From Candidatus Acidiferrum sp. (GTDB lineage: Bacteria > Pseudomonadota > Alphaproteobacteria > Dongiales > Dongiaceae), in the NCBI GenBank assembly GCA_035518775.1, contig DATIXH010000347.1, positions 1-27,965 of the forward strand: DNA of 27,965 nt, written 5' to 3'. This document shows, one piece after another, positions 18,139-25,572 of this stretch; positions within the stretch are counted from its first letter, which is position 1; each line of letters opens with the position of its first letter. A program made the translations under genes and the position numbers. The notes beneath the pieces were generated by a model. The model did not search any database and was not told the DNA's origin. It was given only the letters and a program-made list of their open reading frames with translations.

Positions 18139-19551
18139 TCACGCGGGCATGGCGACGCCGAGGTCCGAGAGCCGGCTGCGCAGGTCGGCCATGATGCCGG
18201 TCAGCTCTTGTTCGGTGCGGGCTTCGGCGCGCGCCACCAGCACGGCCTGGGTGTTGGAGGCGCGGAGCAGCCACCAGCCGCCGTCCTTCGCGATCCGGAT
18301 GCCGTCGGTATCGTCGTACGTGGCGCCTTCGGCCGCCAGCCGATCGCGCAATTGGTCGACGATGGCGAACTTGCGCTCGTCCGGGCAGTCGATCCGGATC
18401 TCCGGCGTGCTGGCGAGCGTCGGCAGCTCGTCGCGCAGCTCGGCCAGCGAGCGGCCGGCCTGAACGATGGAGCGCAGGAGGCGGACGGCGGCGAAGAGTG
18501 CATCGTCGTAGCCGTAGTAGCCATCGGCGAAGAAGATGTGCCCGCTCATCTCGCCGGCGAGGGGCGCGCCGGTCTCGGCCATCTTGGTCTTGATGAGGGA
18601 GTGGCCGGTCTTCCACATGAGCGGGCGCCCGCCGAGGGCCGCGATGGTGTCGAACAGCGCCTGGCTCGCCTTCACGTCGGCGATGATGGTGGCGCCTGGG
18701 CGCGCCTGCAGCACGTCACGCGCCAGGATCGCCAGCAGCTGATCGCCCCAGATGATCCGCCCGCGTGCGTCGACGGCGCCGATGCGGTCGCCGTCGCCGT
18801 CGAAGGCGATGCCGAGATCGAGGCGCTGCTCCGCGACCTGCCCCTGCAGCTGCACGAGGTTGCGCGGCTCCGTGGGGTCGGGATGGTGGGCGGGGAAGCG
18901 GCCGTCGATCGTCTCGTTCATCAGGACGTGGCGGCCGGGGAGCTTGAGCGTGAGGCGCCGCACGATCTCGCCGGCGGCGCCGTTGCCGGGATCCCAGGCG
19001 ACGGCGAGCGAGGAGACGTCGGCGCCCGCGAGCCCTTGCAGCAGGCGGCCGACATAGGCGTTCTGCAGGTCCACCGTCTCGACGGCGCCGCGCCGCTGCG
19101 GCGTCCCGGCCTCGGCGGCGACGCGGCCGAGCTCGCGGATCATCTCGCCGAAGAAGGGCCGGCGGCCGATCATCATCTTGAAGCCGTTGTGGCTCGGCGG
19201 GTTGTGCGAGCCCGTCACCATGACGGCGGCGTCGACATCCAGGACATTGGCGGCGAAGTACAGCATCGGCGTCGGCCCCAGGCCGATGCGGACGCCGTCG
19301 CCGCCGGCGCGCCGGATGCCATCGACGACGGCCTCCTCGAGCTCCGGCGAGCTCAGGCGGCCGTCGCGGCCGACGCAGATGCGCGGCGCCCTGCGACAGT
19401 TGCGCGCGGCCATGAGGGTGAAGGCGCGGCCGAGCGCCGCTGCATCCGCGGCGGCCAGGGTCTCGCCGACGATGCCGCGGACATCGTATTCACGCAGGAT
19501 CGATGGATGGAAGCGATGGCCGGTGGAGGTCACGTCGGGTTCCCCTCGCAA
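18139..19551 (-). CDS. Phosphomannomutase/phosphoglucomutase (alpha-D-phosphohexomutase family)
   Basis: 470-aa ORF. Active-site phosphoserine loop TGSHNPPSHNGFK, metal-binding DGDGDR and a sugar-binding loop. The N-terminus (FHPSILREYDVRG) is typical of ManB/AlgC/Pgm. Confidence 0.85.
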   Translation of the reverse strand: MRGEPDVTSTGHRFHPSILREYDVRGIVGETLAAADAAALGRAFTLMAARNCRRAPRICVGRDGRLSSPELEEAVVDGIRRAGGDGVRIGLGPTPMLYFAANVLDVDAAVMVTGSHNPPSHNGFKMMIGRRPFFGEMIRELGRVAAEAGTPQRRGAVETVDLQNAYVGRLLQGLAGADVSSLAVAWDPGNGAAGEIVRRLTLKLPGRHVLMNETIDGRFPAHHPDPTEPRNLVQLQGQVAEQRLDLGIAFDGDGDRIGAVDARGRIIWGDQLLAILARDVLQARPGATIIADVKASQALFDTIAALGGRPLMWKTGHSLIKTKMAETGAPLAGEMSGHIFFADGYYGYDDALFAAVRLLRSIVQAGRSLAELRDELPTLASTPEIRIDCPDERKFAIVDQLRDRLAAEGATYDDTDGIRIAKDGGWWLLRASNTQAVLVARAEARTEQELTGIMADLRSRLSDLGVAMPA

Positions 19552-19767
19552 TGGCCGGCTCGGCGACCGACCCAGCAGAGTTGGTCATCGCCCGGCGGCT
19601 TGTCCAGGTCATACGAGGTCGGCGCTCATACGGACGACCTGATCGCCTCGGCCGGATATCAGGAGCGATTTTCCGACGACTCCGCGGCTGAATTCAGCGA
19701 TAACCTGTTGCTGCCCGCCCGCGCCGCGCGCGACTGACGGGGCCGGACTACGATGGAGAGGACGACG

Positions 19768-20769
19768 ATGCGGATACTCGTCACGGGCGGCGCCGGCTAC
19801 ATCGGGAGCCATGTCGTGCTCGCGCTCCGCGACACGGGCTATCCCGTGGTCGTCATCGACGACCTGTCGACGGGCAGCACGAGCCTGCTGCCCGCCGGCG
19901 TCGCGTTCGTGCGCGGCGACGCCGGCGACGAACGGACGATCGCCGGCGTCATCGATCGGCATGGCGTCAACGCCGTGATGCATTTCGCGGGCAGCGTCGT
20001 CGTGTCGGAGTCCGTGCGAAATCCGCTCAAGTACTATCGCAACAACACCTGCGCCAGCGGCAGCCTCATCGCCGCCTGCGTCCGCAAGGGGATAAGGCAC
20101 GTCGTGTTCTCCTCGACGGCCGCCGTTTACGGCGCGCCGGCCGTCATTCCCGTCCCCGAGGACGCACCCCTGGCGCCGATCAATCCCTACGGCGCGTCGA
20201 AGCTGATGGTCGAATGGATGCTGCGCGACGCCGGCGCCGCCCATGATCTGACCTACGCGACGCTGCGATACTTCAATGTCGCCGGCGCCGACCCGCGCGG
20301 CCGCGCCGGGCAGCTGTCGCCGAAGGCGACGCACCTCCTGAAGGTCGCCTGCGAGGCGGCCGTCGGGCGGCGCAGCCACATCGACGTCTTCGGCGAGGAC
20401 TACGCGACGCCCGACCGCACCTGCATCCGCGACTACATCCACGTCTCCGATCTCGCGGACGCGCATGTCAAGGCGCTCGAGTATCTGGCGGCGGGAGGTC
20501 CGAGTCGCGCGTTCAACTGCGGCTGCGGGCGCGGCTATTCGGTCCTCGAGGTCCTGGAACAGGTCCAGAGACGGACGAAGACGCGCCTCGATGTCAGGCG
20601 CGCACCGCGTCGGCCCGGCGATCCGCCCGTGCTCGTCGCCGACGCCGGCCGGTTGCGCCGGACTCTCGATTGGAAGCCCCGCCTCGACAGCCTCGACGCG
20701 ATCGTGCGCACGGCCCTGGACTGGGAGCAGAGATGCGCGGCGGGACAGGCCCTGGCGTCGGCCTCCTAG
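19768..20769 (+). CDS. galE: UDP-glucose 4-epimerase
   Basis: ORF 19753..20769. Start moved to ATG 19768 (GGAGAGGA RBS), giving MRILVTGGAGYIGSH. Rossmann GxxGxxG, catalytic YxxxK (YGASK), extended-SDR fold and length. Confidence 0.85.
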   Translation: MRILVTGGAGYIGSHVVLALRDTGYPVVVIDDLSTGSTSLLPAGVAFVRGDAGDERTIAGVIDRHGVNAVMHFAGSVVVSESVRNPLKYYRNNTCASGSLIAACVRKGIRHVVFSSTAAVYGAPAVIPVPEDAPLAPINPYGASKLMVEWMLRDAGAAHDLTYATLRYFNVAGADPRGRAGQLSPKATHLLKVACEAAVGRRSHIDVFGEDYATPDRTCIRDYIHVSDLADAHVKALEYLAAGGPSRAFNCGCGRGYSVLEVLEQVQRRTKTRLDVRRAPRRPGDPPVLVADAGRLRRTLDWKPRLDSLDAIVRTALDWEQRCAAGQALASAS

Positions 20770-20797
20770 GCGTCACTCTCGGCTCCGCGAGGAGCGG

Positions 20798-21232
20798 TCA
20801 GAGGTTGTTCGGATTGCCCGCAACGATCGTGCGCTTGGCGTGCTGCTCGCCGGCCGCAAAGTCGTATGCGCCATCCTGCTCTCGTGTCACCGCGACACAA
20901 CTCTTGTAGTCGTGGCTCGGGAAGACGACGCAGAGCCGGTCGCCATCGACCTGCCATGTTCCCAGATATTCCTCGTCCGCGTCCTCGATTTCCCGCCCGC
21001 GGATGGATCCATCGGGAGCGTAGTATTCTGAGAATTTGGGGCCTTTGACCGTGTTGCCCGAGACCAGGGCCCGGATCTCCGCGCCCGTAAGCGCGCCGAC
21101 GCCTTGCGTCGGAGCGGGCGAGAAATACCGGAAACCGGCGACCCCGCCGGCGGCGAGCGCAAGAGCGAGGATGATGAACGCCAGGGTCGTGCGCGATGCC
21201 GCCATATCGTCTTCTCTGCCGCCAAGCCGCAT
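20798..21232 (-). CDS. Small hypothetical exported protein
   Basis: 144-aa ORF (alternative start ATG 21205). Hydrophobic signal-like segment (TTLAFIILALALAAGGVAG), then a soluble ~110-aa domain with two Cys. Good RBS (AGGAGA) before the ATG at 21232. Confidence 0.5.
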   Translation of the reverse strand: MRLGGREDDMAASRTTLAFIILALALAAGGVAGFRYFSPAPTQGVGALTGAEIRALVSGNTVKGPKFSEYYAPDGSIRGREIEDADEEYLGTWQVDGDRLCVVFPSHDYKSCVAVTREQDGAYDFAAGEQHAKRTIVAGNPNNL

Positions 21233-21413
21233 ATTCTCCTGTGACTAATACGACACATCGGCATCAAAAGCGCGCGAAAGGAGAATTTAATCTTGAATTC
21301 CGTTTCGACTTGCGTCATAAGCGCGGCCCTTCGCTCAGCCCCGTGCGCGGGCTCGTGAGGCACCGGCTGGCGCGATGCGCAGTGCGTATTCGTGTTCCGC
21401 TGAACGAAGGATG

Positions 21414-21482
21414 GTGGTCGCTAGCTCAGAGGCAGAGCGCCGGGGAGACCCGGAGGCACCGGTTCGAGTCCGGTCGATCACG
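21414..21482 (+). tRNA. Aberrant tRNA-like element (probable tRNA pseudogene): good D-arm, T-arm and acceptor pairing (with one G-U) but a 3-nt 8-9 spacer and a 4-nt anticodon loop
   Basis: GTGGTCG-CTA-GCTC-AGAGGCA-GAGC-G-CCGGG-GAGA-CCCGG-AGGC-ACCGG-TTCGAGT-CCGGT-CGATCAC-G. The T-loop TTCGAGT is canonical. Acceptor stems pair 7 of 7 with one G-U. The anticodon stem closes a tetraloop, so no anticodon can be assigned. No CCA. Confidence 0.35.
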
Positions 21483-21486
21483 CAAG

Positions 21487-21560
21487 AAGAGGATAGCTCA
21501 GATGGTTAGAGCAGATGCCTGATAAGCATCCAGTCGCGGGTTCGACTCCCGCTCCGACGC
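21487..21560 (+). tRNA. Aberrant tRNA-like element with anticodon GAU (Ile-like): canonical D-arm, anticodon arm, variable loop and T-arm, but the acceptor stem pairs only 3 of 7
   Basis: AAGAGGA-TA-GCTC-AGATGGTTA-GAGC-A-GATGC-CTGATAA-GCATC-CAGTC-GCGGG-TTCGACT-CCCGC-TCCGACG-C, followed by TCC (no CCA). Internal arms are all perfect; the 5' strand AAGAGGA does not complement the 3' strand TCCGACG. It sits 4 nt after the previous tRNA-like element. Confidence 0.35.
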
Positions 21561-21889
21561 TCCGGTTCAGCCTGTTACGCTGAATTCCACTGTAGGGAAC
21601 CGGACGCGCGCTTCAGTCGCGGTCCGGTCGCCTGGCCGAAAGGCCTTCCGTCCGAACTGAGACACCGTGAGACCGGCCCTGCGCCGCGGCGGATATCGCC
21701 TGCGCGGGTCGCCGGGTCCACCCTTCGAGCGTCAGGCTCCGGTCTGGCGACAGGAGAGGTGTGCCCGCCGTCCCGCCTCGCTCAAGCCCCGGTCCGCCGC
21801 TCCCGCGGGAAGAACGCGTCCGGGACCCGTGTCCTCCAGATGAACCTGCTCCGCGGCTCTGTCGCGGGGCCAAGGAAAGGAGACGTGTC

Positions 21890-23041
21890 TTGAGTCGTTT
21901 TCTGCTGATGCTGCGCGTGACGGTGAAGGACGGCGAGCGTGCCCTCCTGCTGCGCAACGGCCGCTACGAGCGGGCGCTCGGTCCCGGCCGCCACCGTCTG
22001 TTCGATCCGAAGCGCGAGCTGACGGTCGAGAGCTTCAAGGTCGTGCAGGCCGAGTTCTCGGCCGAGCGCTACGCCGTGATCAAGGCGGAGCGGCCGGAGA
22101 TGGCGGCTGCGCTGTTCGAGGCGGTGGAGACGCGGGCCAACGAGCTCGCCATCGTCAGCCTCGACGGCCGTCCGACGCACCTGGTCGGCCCGTGGAAGCT
22201 GCGCGTGTTCTGGAAGGTGGCGACGGCTGTGACGGTCGAGCGCATCGACACGGCCAGCGACCCGACGGTCGACCCGCGCCACCTGGCGCTGATCGACCGC
22301 GCGCACAACCCGTTCGCGGCCGAGACGGTGGTCGAGAACCACGAGGCCGGCCTGCTCTATGTCGAGGGCCGGCTGGTGGAGCGGCTGGCGCCGGGCCGTC
22401 ACACCTACTGGACGGTGAACCGCAAGGTCGAGGTGAAGCGCCTGGATCTGCGCCCGCAGGCGGTCGAGATCACGGCCCAGGAGATGCTGACCAAGGATCG
22501 CATCGCCCTGCGCGTGACCCTGACGGCGCTGCGCCGCATCACCGATCCCGAGCGCGCGGTCGCTGCGGTCGTGGACGTGGATGCGTGGCTGTACCGCCTG
22601 GTGCAGTTCGCCATCCGCGAGGCGGTGGCGGCCCGCACGCTCGACGAGGTGCTCTCGGCCAAGAGCGTGCTCGACGCGGAGCTGCGCAGCTTCGTGCGCG
22701 AGCGCCTGGGCGAGACCGGCATCGAGGTGACGGAGCTCGGCGTGAAGGACGTGATCCTGCCCGGCGAGATCCGCGAGCTCGTGAACAAGGTGGTGGAGGC
22801 GGAGCGGACGGCGAAGGCCAACCTGATCCGCCGCCAGGAGGAGACCGCGGCGACGCGTTCGCTCCTCAACACCGCCAAGCTGATGGAGGAGAACCCGCTC
22901 CTCCTGCGGCTGAAGGAGCTCGAGAGCCTCGAGCGGCTGGTGGAGAAGGTGGGCCGCATCGATCTCCACGCCGGCGAGGGCGCAGGCCTCGATGCGCTGC
23001 TCAGCAAGCTGGTGCGCCTGAAGGCGGACGAGCCGGCATGA
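21890..23041 (+). CDS. SPFH/band-7 (stomatin/HflK-C/flotillin-like) domain protein, soluble, with a partial duplicated SPFH N-terminal module and a C-terminal coiled-coil
   Basis: ORF 21761..23041. Likely start TTG 21890 (AAGGAAAGGAGA RBS, 6-nt spacer) or ATG 21908. Two copies of the SPFH-opening motif (DGERALLLRNGRYERALGPGRHRLF and EAGLLYVEGRLVERLAPGRHTYW), then a complete band-7 core (ITAQEMLTKDRIALRVTLTALRR...LIRRQEETAATRSLL). No TM helix. The antisense ORF 21782..22969 is a mirror. Confidence 0.8.
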   Translation: MSRFLLMLRVTVKDGERALLLRNGRYERALGPGRHRLFDPKRELTVESFKVVQAEFSAERYAVIKAERPEMAAALFEAVETRANELAIVSLDGRPTHLVGPWKLRVFWKVATAVTVERIDTASDPTVDPRHLALIDRAHNPFAAETVVENHEAGLLYVEGRLVERLAPGRHTYWTVNRKVEVKRLDLRPQAVEITAQEMLTKDRIALRVTLTALRRITDPERAVAAVVDVDAWLYRLVQFAIREAVAARTLDEVLSAKSVLDAELRSFVRERLGETGIEVTELGVKDVILPGEIRELVNKVVEAERTAKANLIRRQEETAATRSLLNTAKLMEENPLLLRLKELESLERLVEKVGRIDLHAGEGAGLDALLSKLVRLKADEPA

Positions 23042-23070
23042 GGGCGGCGTGAGGGCGGTACAGCGGAGAG

Positions 23071-23098
23071 GCCGCGTCGAGGAGACGCGGCCTTTTTC
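23071..23098. terminator. Bidirectional intrinsic terminator between the convergent SPFH and histidine-kinase genes (GGCCGCGTC-GAGGA-GACGCGGCC plus TTTTT)
   Basis: Perfect 9-bp GC-rich stem with a 5-nt loop, followed by T5 on the plus strand and preceded by an A/G-rich stretch. Located between stops at 23041 and 23108. Confidence 0.7.
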
Positions 23099-23107
23099 GT
23101 GCCGGTG

Positions 23108-23890
23108 TCAGGCGGCTTCGGCCGCCGGGAGATAGATCGTCACGGTCGTGCCCTTGCCGGGCGCGCTCACGAGCGTGACATAGCCGCCGGACTGGCGGGC
23201 GAACCCCTCGACGGTGCTGAGGCCCAGCCCCCTGCCCTTGCCGCCGCGCTTGGTCGAGAAGAAGGGATCGAAGGCGCGGCGCGCCACGTCAGGCGTCATG
23301 CCCGTACCGGTGTCGGTGACGGCAAACGCGATGTAGAGACCGGGCGCGACGTCCACCAGCTGCTGCGCCTGCGCTTCGGCGATGCGCGCACTCCCCGCCT
23401 CGAGCAGCAGGCGGCCGCCCTCGGGCATCGCGTCGCGGGCGTTGCTTGCCAGAGCCATGGCCGCCACCTCGAGCGCCGCGGGATCGGCCAGCGCCGGCCG
23501 CAGGCCGCCGGCACAGGCCAGCTCGACCGCGATGGCGCCGCCGAGCGTGCCGCGCAACCGCTCGGAAAGTCCCGCGACGAAGCGCTCGACTTCGATGGGT
23601 TGCGGCCGTAGCGGCAGCCGCCGCGCCACCGCGAGAAGACGGCGGGTCAGGTCCGCGGCGCGCTGGGCGGCCTCGGCGATCAAGGTTGCCATCTCGTGGG
23701 TCGGCGTGCCCGCCTCGAGCTTGGCCGTGAGCATCTCGCTGTTGCCGAGGATGGTCATCAGCAGGTTGTTGAAGTCGTGCGCCACGCCGCCGGCGAGCTG
23801 GACGACCGCCTGCGTCTTCTCGGCCTGCCGCAGCTGCTCGTCCCGCGCCGCGCGCGCGGCCTCGTCAGGGCTGTCGGAACCGGTCGTCAT
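23108..23890 (-). CDS. Soluble histidine kinase core (HisKA plus HATPase_c) without recognisable sensor or TM domain
   Basis: 260-aa ORF. H-box GVAHDFNNLL; N, G1, F and G2 boxes (SNARDAMPEGG, DTGTGM, GKGRGLGLSTV). Only ~35 aa precede the H-box. The start ATG overlaps the stop of the upstream oxygenase-fusion gene (ATGA). Confidence 0.85.
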   Translation of the reverse strand: MTTGSDSPDEAARAARDEQLRQAEKTQAVVQLAGGVAHDFNNLLMTILGNSEMLTAKLEAGTPTHEMATLIAEAAQRAADLTRRLLAVARRLPLRPQPIEVERFVAGLSERLRGTLGGAIAVELACAGGLRPALADPAALEVAAMALASNARDAMPEGGRLLLEAGSARIAEAQAQQLVDVAPGLYIAFAVTDTGTGMTPDVARRAFDPFFSTKRGGKGRGLGLSTVEGFARQSGGYVTLVSAPGKGTTVTIYLPAAEAA

Positions 23891-25059
23891 CCCGTTCGGG
23901 ACGTCTCTGCGGGGGCGGCGGAACCCGCGACCGCGCGCTTCACCTCGTCGCGCAGGCGGTCGTCGGCGAGGTAGCCCAGATTGGCTTCGCGCAGCTTGGC
24001 GCCGGATTCGTCGTAGAGGAACGGCAGAACGGCGTAGCGCCGGCCGCGCGTCACCGGGAGCGCCTCGTGCATGAGCGAGCAGGAGAAGACGATGGCCCCG
24101 CCGCTCGGCGCCCGGTAGCTCTCGCGCCCGAACTCCGGGAAGCAGAGGTCGCCGCCGTCGTAGTCCTCGGCGTTGAGGTTGATGGTCACGGCGAAGCGGC
24201 GATGCGCCGTGCCCTTGGTGGTGTTGTCGCGATGCGGCCGGAAGTAGCCGCCCTCGCCGGCGTCGTAGCAGGCGACGATGTAGCGCTCGATGTAGCTGAC
24301 GCGGAACTGGAAGGCCTTGCGCACCTCCGGCACCAGACGGCGCTCGATGCGGATGCGGATGCCCTGGCGCGCGGCGGCGTCCTCGATCACGTAGTCGCGC
24401 CGGCGCTTGCGGCCGTAGTCGATGACGCCGACGGTCTTGCCCGCGGCGTCGGAGGTCATGTAGCCGCTATCCTCGCCGCCGTGGCGATCGTAGAGCGCCA
24501 TCAGTTCGCGGCAGAACTCGGGCTCGAACAGCTGCGGCACCAGCAGGACCGGGGCGCCGGCCCGGGCGGGCCGCACGCCGCCCAGCGGCGGCAGACGGCC
24601 GATAAGGTCGAGCAGATGCTGGGCGTGGGCAGCCGGATCGGCGATCGGCAGCACCGCCAGCACCCGCAGCGCGGGATCGAGGAGGAAGGTGGTCGGCTGG
24701 TAGCGCGAGGCCTCGGCCGTGGCCGCCGGCTCGCTGCAGACGCCGTAGCGGGCGCCGATCTTGAGGCCGAAGTCCCACAGCAGCCGGAAGCCGGGAATGC
24801 GCTCCTCGACCCGCTTCTCCTGCCCGTCGGCGGGATCGGCGCCGACGCCGAAGAAGGAGGCGTGGCCGTCGTCGAAGACGTCGCCGCGCTGGCGGAGCGC
24901 CGCCAGCATCTGGGCAATGGCCGGGTTGCCGGCCGAGCCGTAGAAGCAGAGGGCGATATAGCGCCCAGCCACAGAGTCGAAGTGGTAGCGCGGGTTGTTC
25001 GGCGACGGCGCGATGAACCAGGGGGCGGGGTCGCCGGGGGTCAGGCGGGCGGTCGTCAT
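23887..25059 (-). CDS. Fusion protein: N-terminal AhpC/TSA (redoxin, thioredoxin-fold)-like domain lacking the canonical peroxidatic Cys motif, plus C-terminal 2OG-Fe(II) oxygenase (PiuC/YbiX/prolyl-4-hydroxylase-like) domain
   Basis: ORF 23887..25137. Likely start ATG 25059 (MTTARLTPGDPAPWFIAPS, a Prx-like opening). The redoxin-like region (YIALCFYGSAGNPAIAQ) has GNPA where TPVC would be. The C-terminal domain has the facial triad HRD...(DYDGGDLCF)...H (MHEALPV) and an RxA/S-type 2OG-binding site (RGRRYAVLPF). Confidence 0.75.
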   Translation of the reverse strand: MTTARLTPGDPAPWFIAPSPNNPRYHFDSVAGRYIALCFYGSAGNPAIAQMLAALRQRGDVFDDGHASFFGVGADPADGQEKRVEERIPGFRLLWDFGLKIGARYGVCSEPAATAEASRYQPTTFLLDPALRVLAVLPIADPAAHAQHLLDLIGRLPPLGGVRPARAGAPVLLVPQLFEPEFCRELMALYDRHGGEDSGYMTSDAAGKTVGVIDYGRKRRRDYVIEDAAARQGIRIRIERRLVPEVRKAFQFRVSYIERYIVACYDAGEGGYFRPHRDNTTKGTAHRRFAVTINLNAEDYDGGDLCFPEFGRESYRAPSGGAIVFSCSLMHEALPVTRGRRYAVLPFLYDESGAKLREANLGYLADDRLRDEVKRAVAGSAAPAETSRTG

Positions 25060-25121
25060 GCCGGCCGACGATACCACATTTCGCCGGCCGCACGGGGTCG
25101 GCCCGATGGCGCACCAGATCC

Positions 25122-25149
25122 GAGCGATGGACCCCATGCCAAGCGGGGA
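25122..25149. repeat. Copy 1 of a ~28-nt repeat (GAGCGATGGACCCCATGCCAAGCGGGGA); overlaps the first possible start codon of the oxygenase-fusion ORF
   Basis: Direct repeat shared with 25241.. and 25391.. (about 24 of 28 identical). On the minus strand each copy reads CCGCTGGGCATGGGGTCC(A/T)TCGCTC, an ATG in a fixed context. Confidence 0.6.
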
Positions 25150-25240
25150 CGAACCGCCGGGAAGGAAGATTCACCACCGAGACACAGAGGACATAGAGAA
25201 GGGAGATTGCCCGCTTACGCGGGCCGGGCGTCTTCCGTTT

Positions 25241-25270
25241 GAGCGAAGGACCCCATGCCCAGCGGAGGGG
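25241..25270. repeat. Copy 2 of the ~28-nt repeat (GAGCGAAGGACCCCATGCCCAGCGGAGGGG)
   Basis: 119 nt from copy 1. On the minus strand it opens a 13-codon mini-ORF, MGSFAQTEDARPA. Confidence 0.6.
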
Positions 25271-25390
25271 ATCCGACCGTGCGGTTTGTCGGGGGTTTGT
25301 AGGGGGGCCTCCGCGTGGGCGCCCTCTATCCAGCGATCAGCCCGAAAGGGGCGACCACATGGGGTCGCCCCTACACCATGAGGCGAATCG

Positions 25391-25419
25391 GAGCGAAGGA
25401 CCCCATGCCCAGCGGGAGC
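25391..25419. repeat. Copy 3 of the ~28-nt repeat (GAGCGAAGGACCCCATGCCCAGCGGGAGC)
   Basis: 150 nt from copy 2. Immediately preceded by a perfect 10-bp hairpin (25347..25372, AGGGGCGACC-ACATGG-GGTCGCCCCT). Confidence 0.6.
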
Positions 25420-25572
25420 ACAACCCCAACCCCAGGCATAGCACCCTCGCGTAACTGGGGCGCGGTCTTGTTGCGGATACACGATGTCAAAGATCGACCG
25501 GCCAAGCCGAGTGGGCCCGGCTCAGCCAGATGCCAAATATGTGAACGAAGATGGAACATATCAAGCTCCCCG

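Noticed and set aside
18208-19737. 509-aa plus-strand ORF, and other long ORFs at 18101..18616 and 19609..20466
   Set aside because: Antisense mirrors of the phosphomannomutase and GalE genes, with extreme Arg/Gly/Ala bias and no motifs.
21782-22969. 395-aa minus-strand ORF antisense to the SPFH gene
   Set aside because: Arg/Leu/Ala-rich mirror ORF. The plus-strand frame has unmistakable band-7 motifs.
22192-25242. Long Gly/Arg-rich plus-strand ORFs (22192..23052, 23382..24074, 24067..25242, 25315..26268)
   Set aside because: All are antisense or offset frames over the SPFH, kinase, oxygenase-fusion and SDR genes. Composition is typical of spurious high-GC ORFs.
25100-25440. CRISPR array suggested by three ~28-nt direct repeats
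   Set aside because: Only three imperfect copies, with 119- and 150-nt spacers, which is far outside the CRISPR spacer range. No cas genes. The repeats carry an in-frame ATG context instead.
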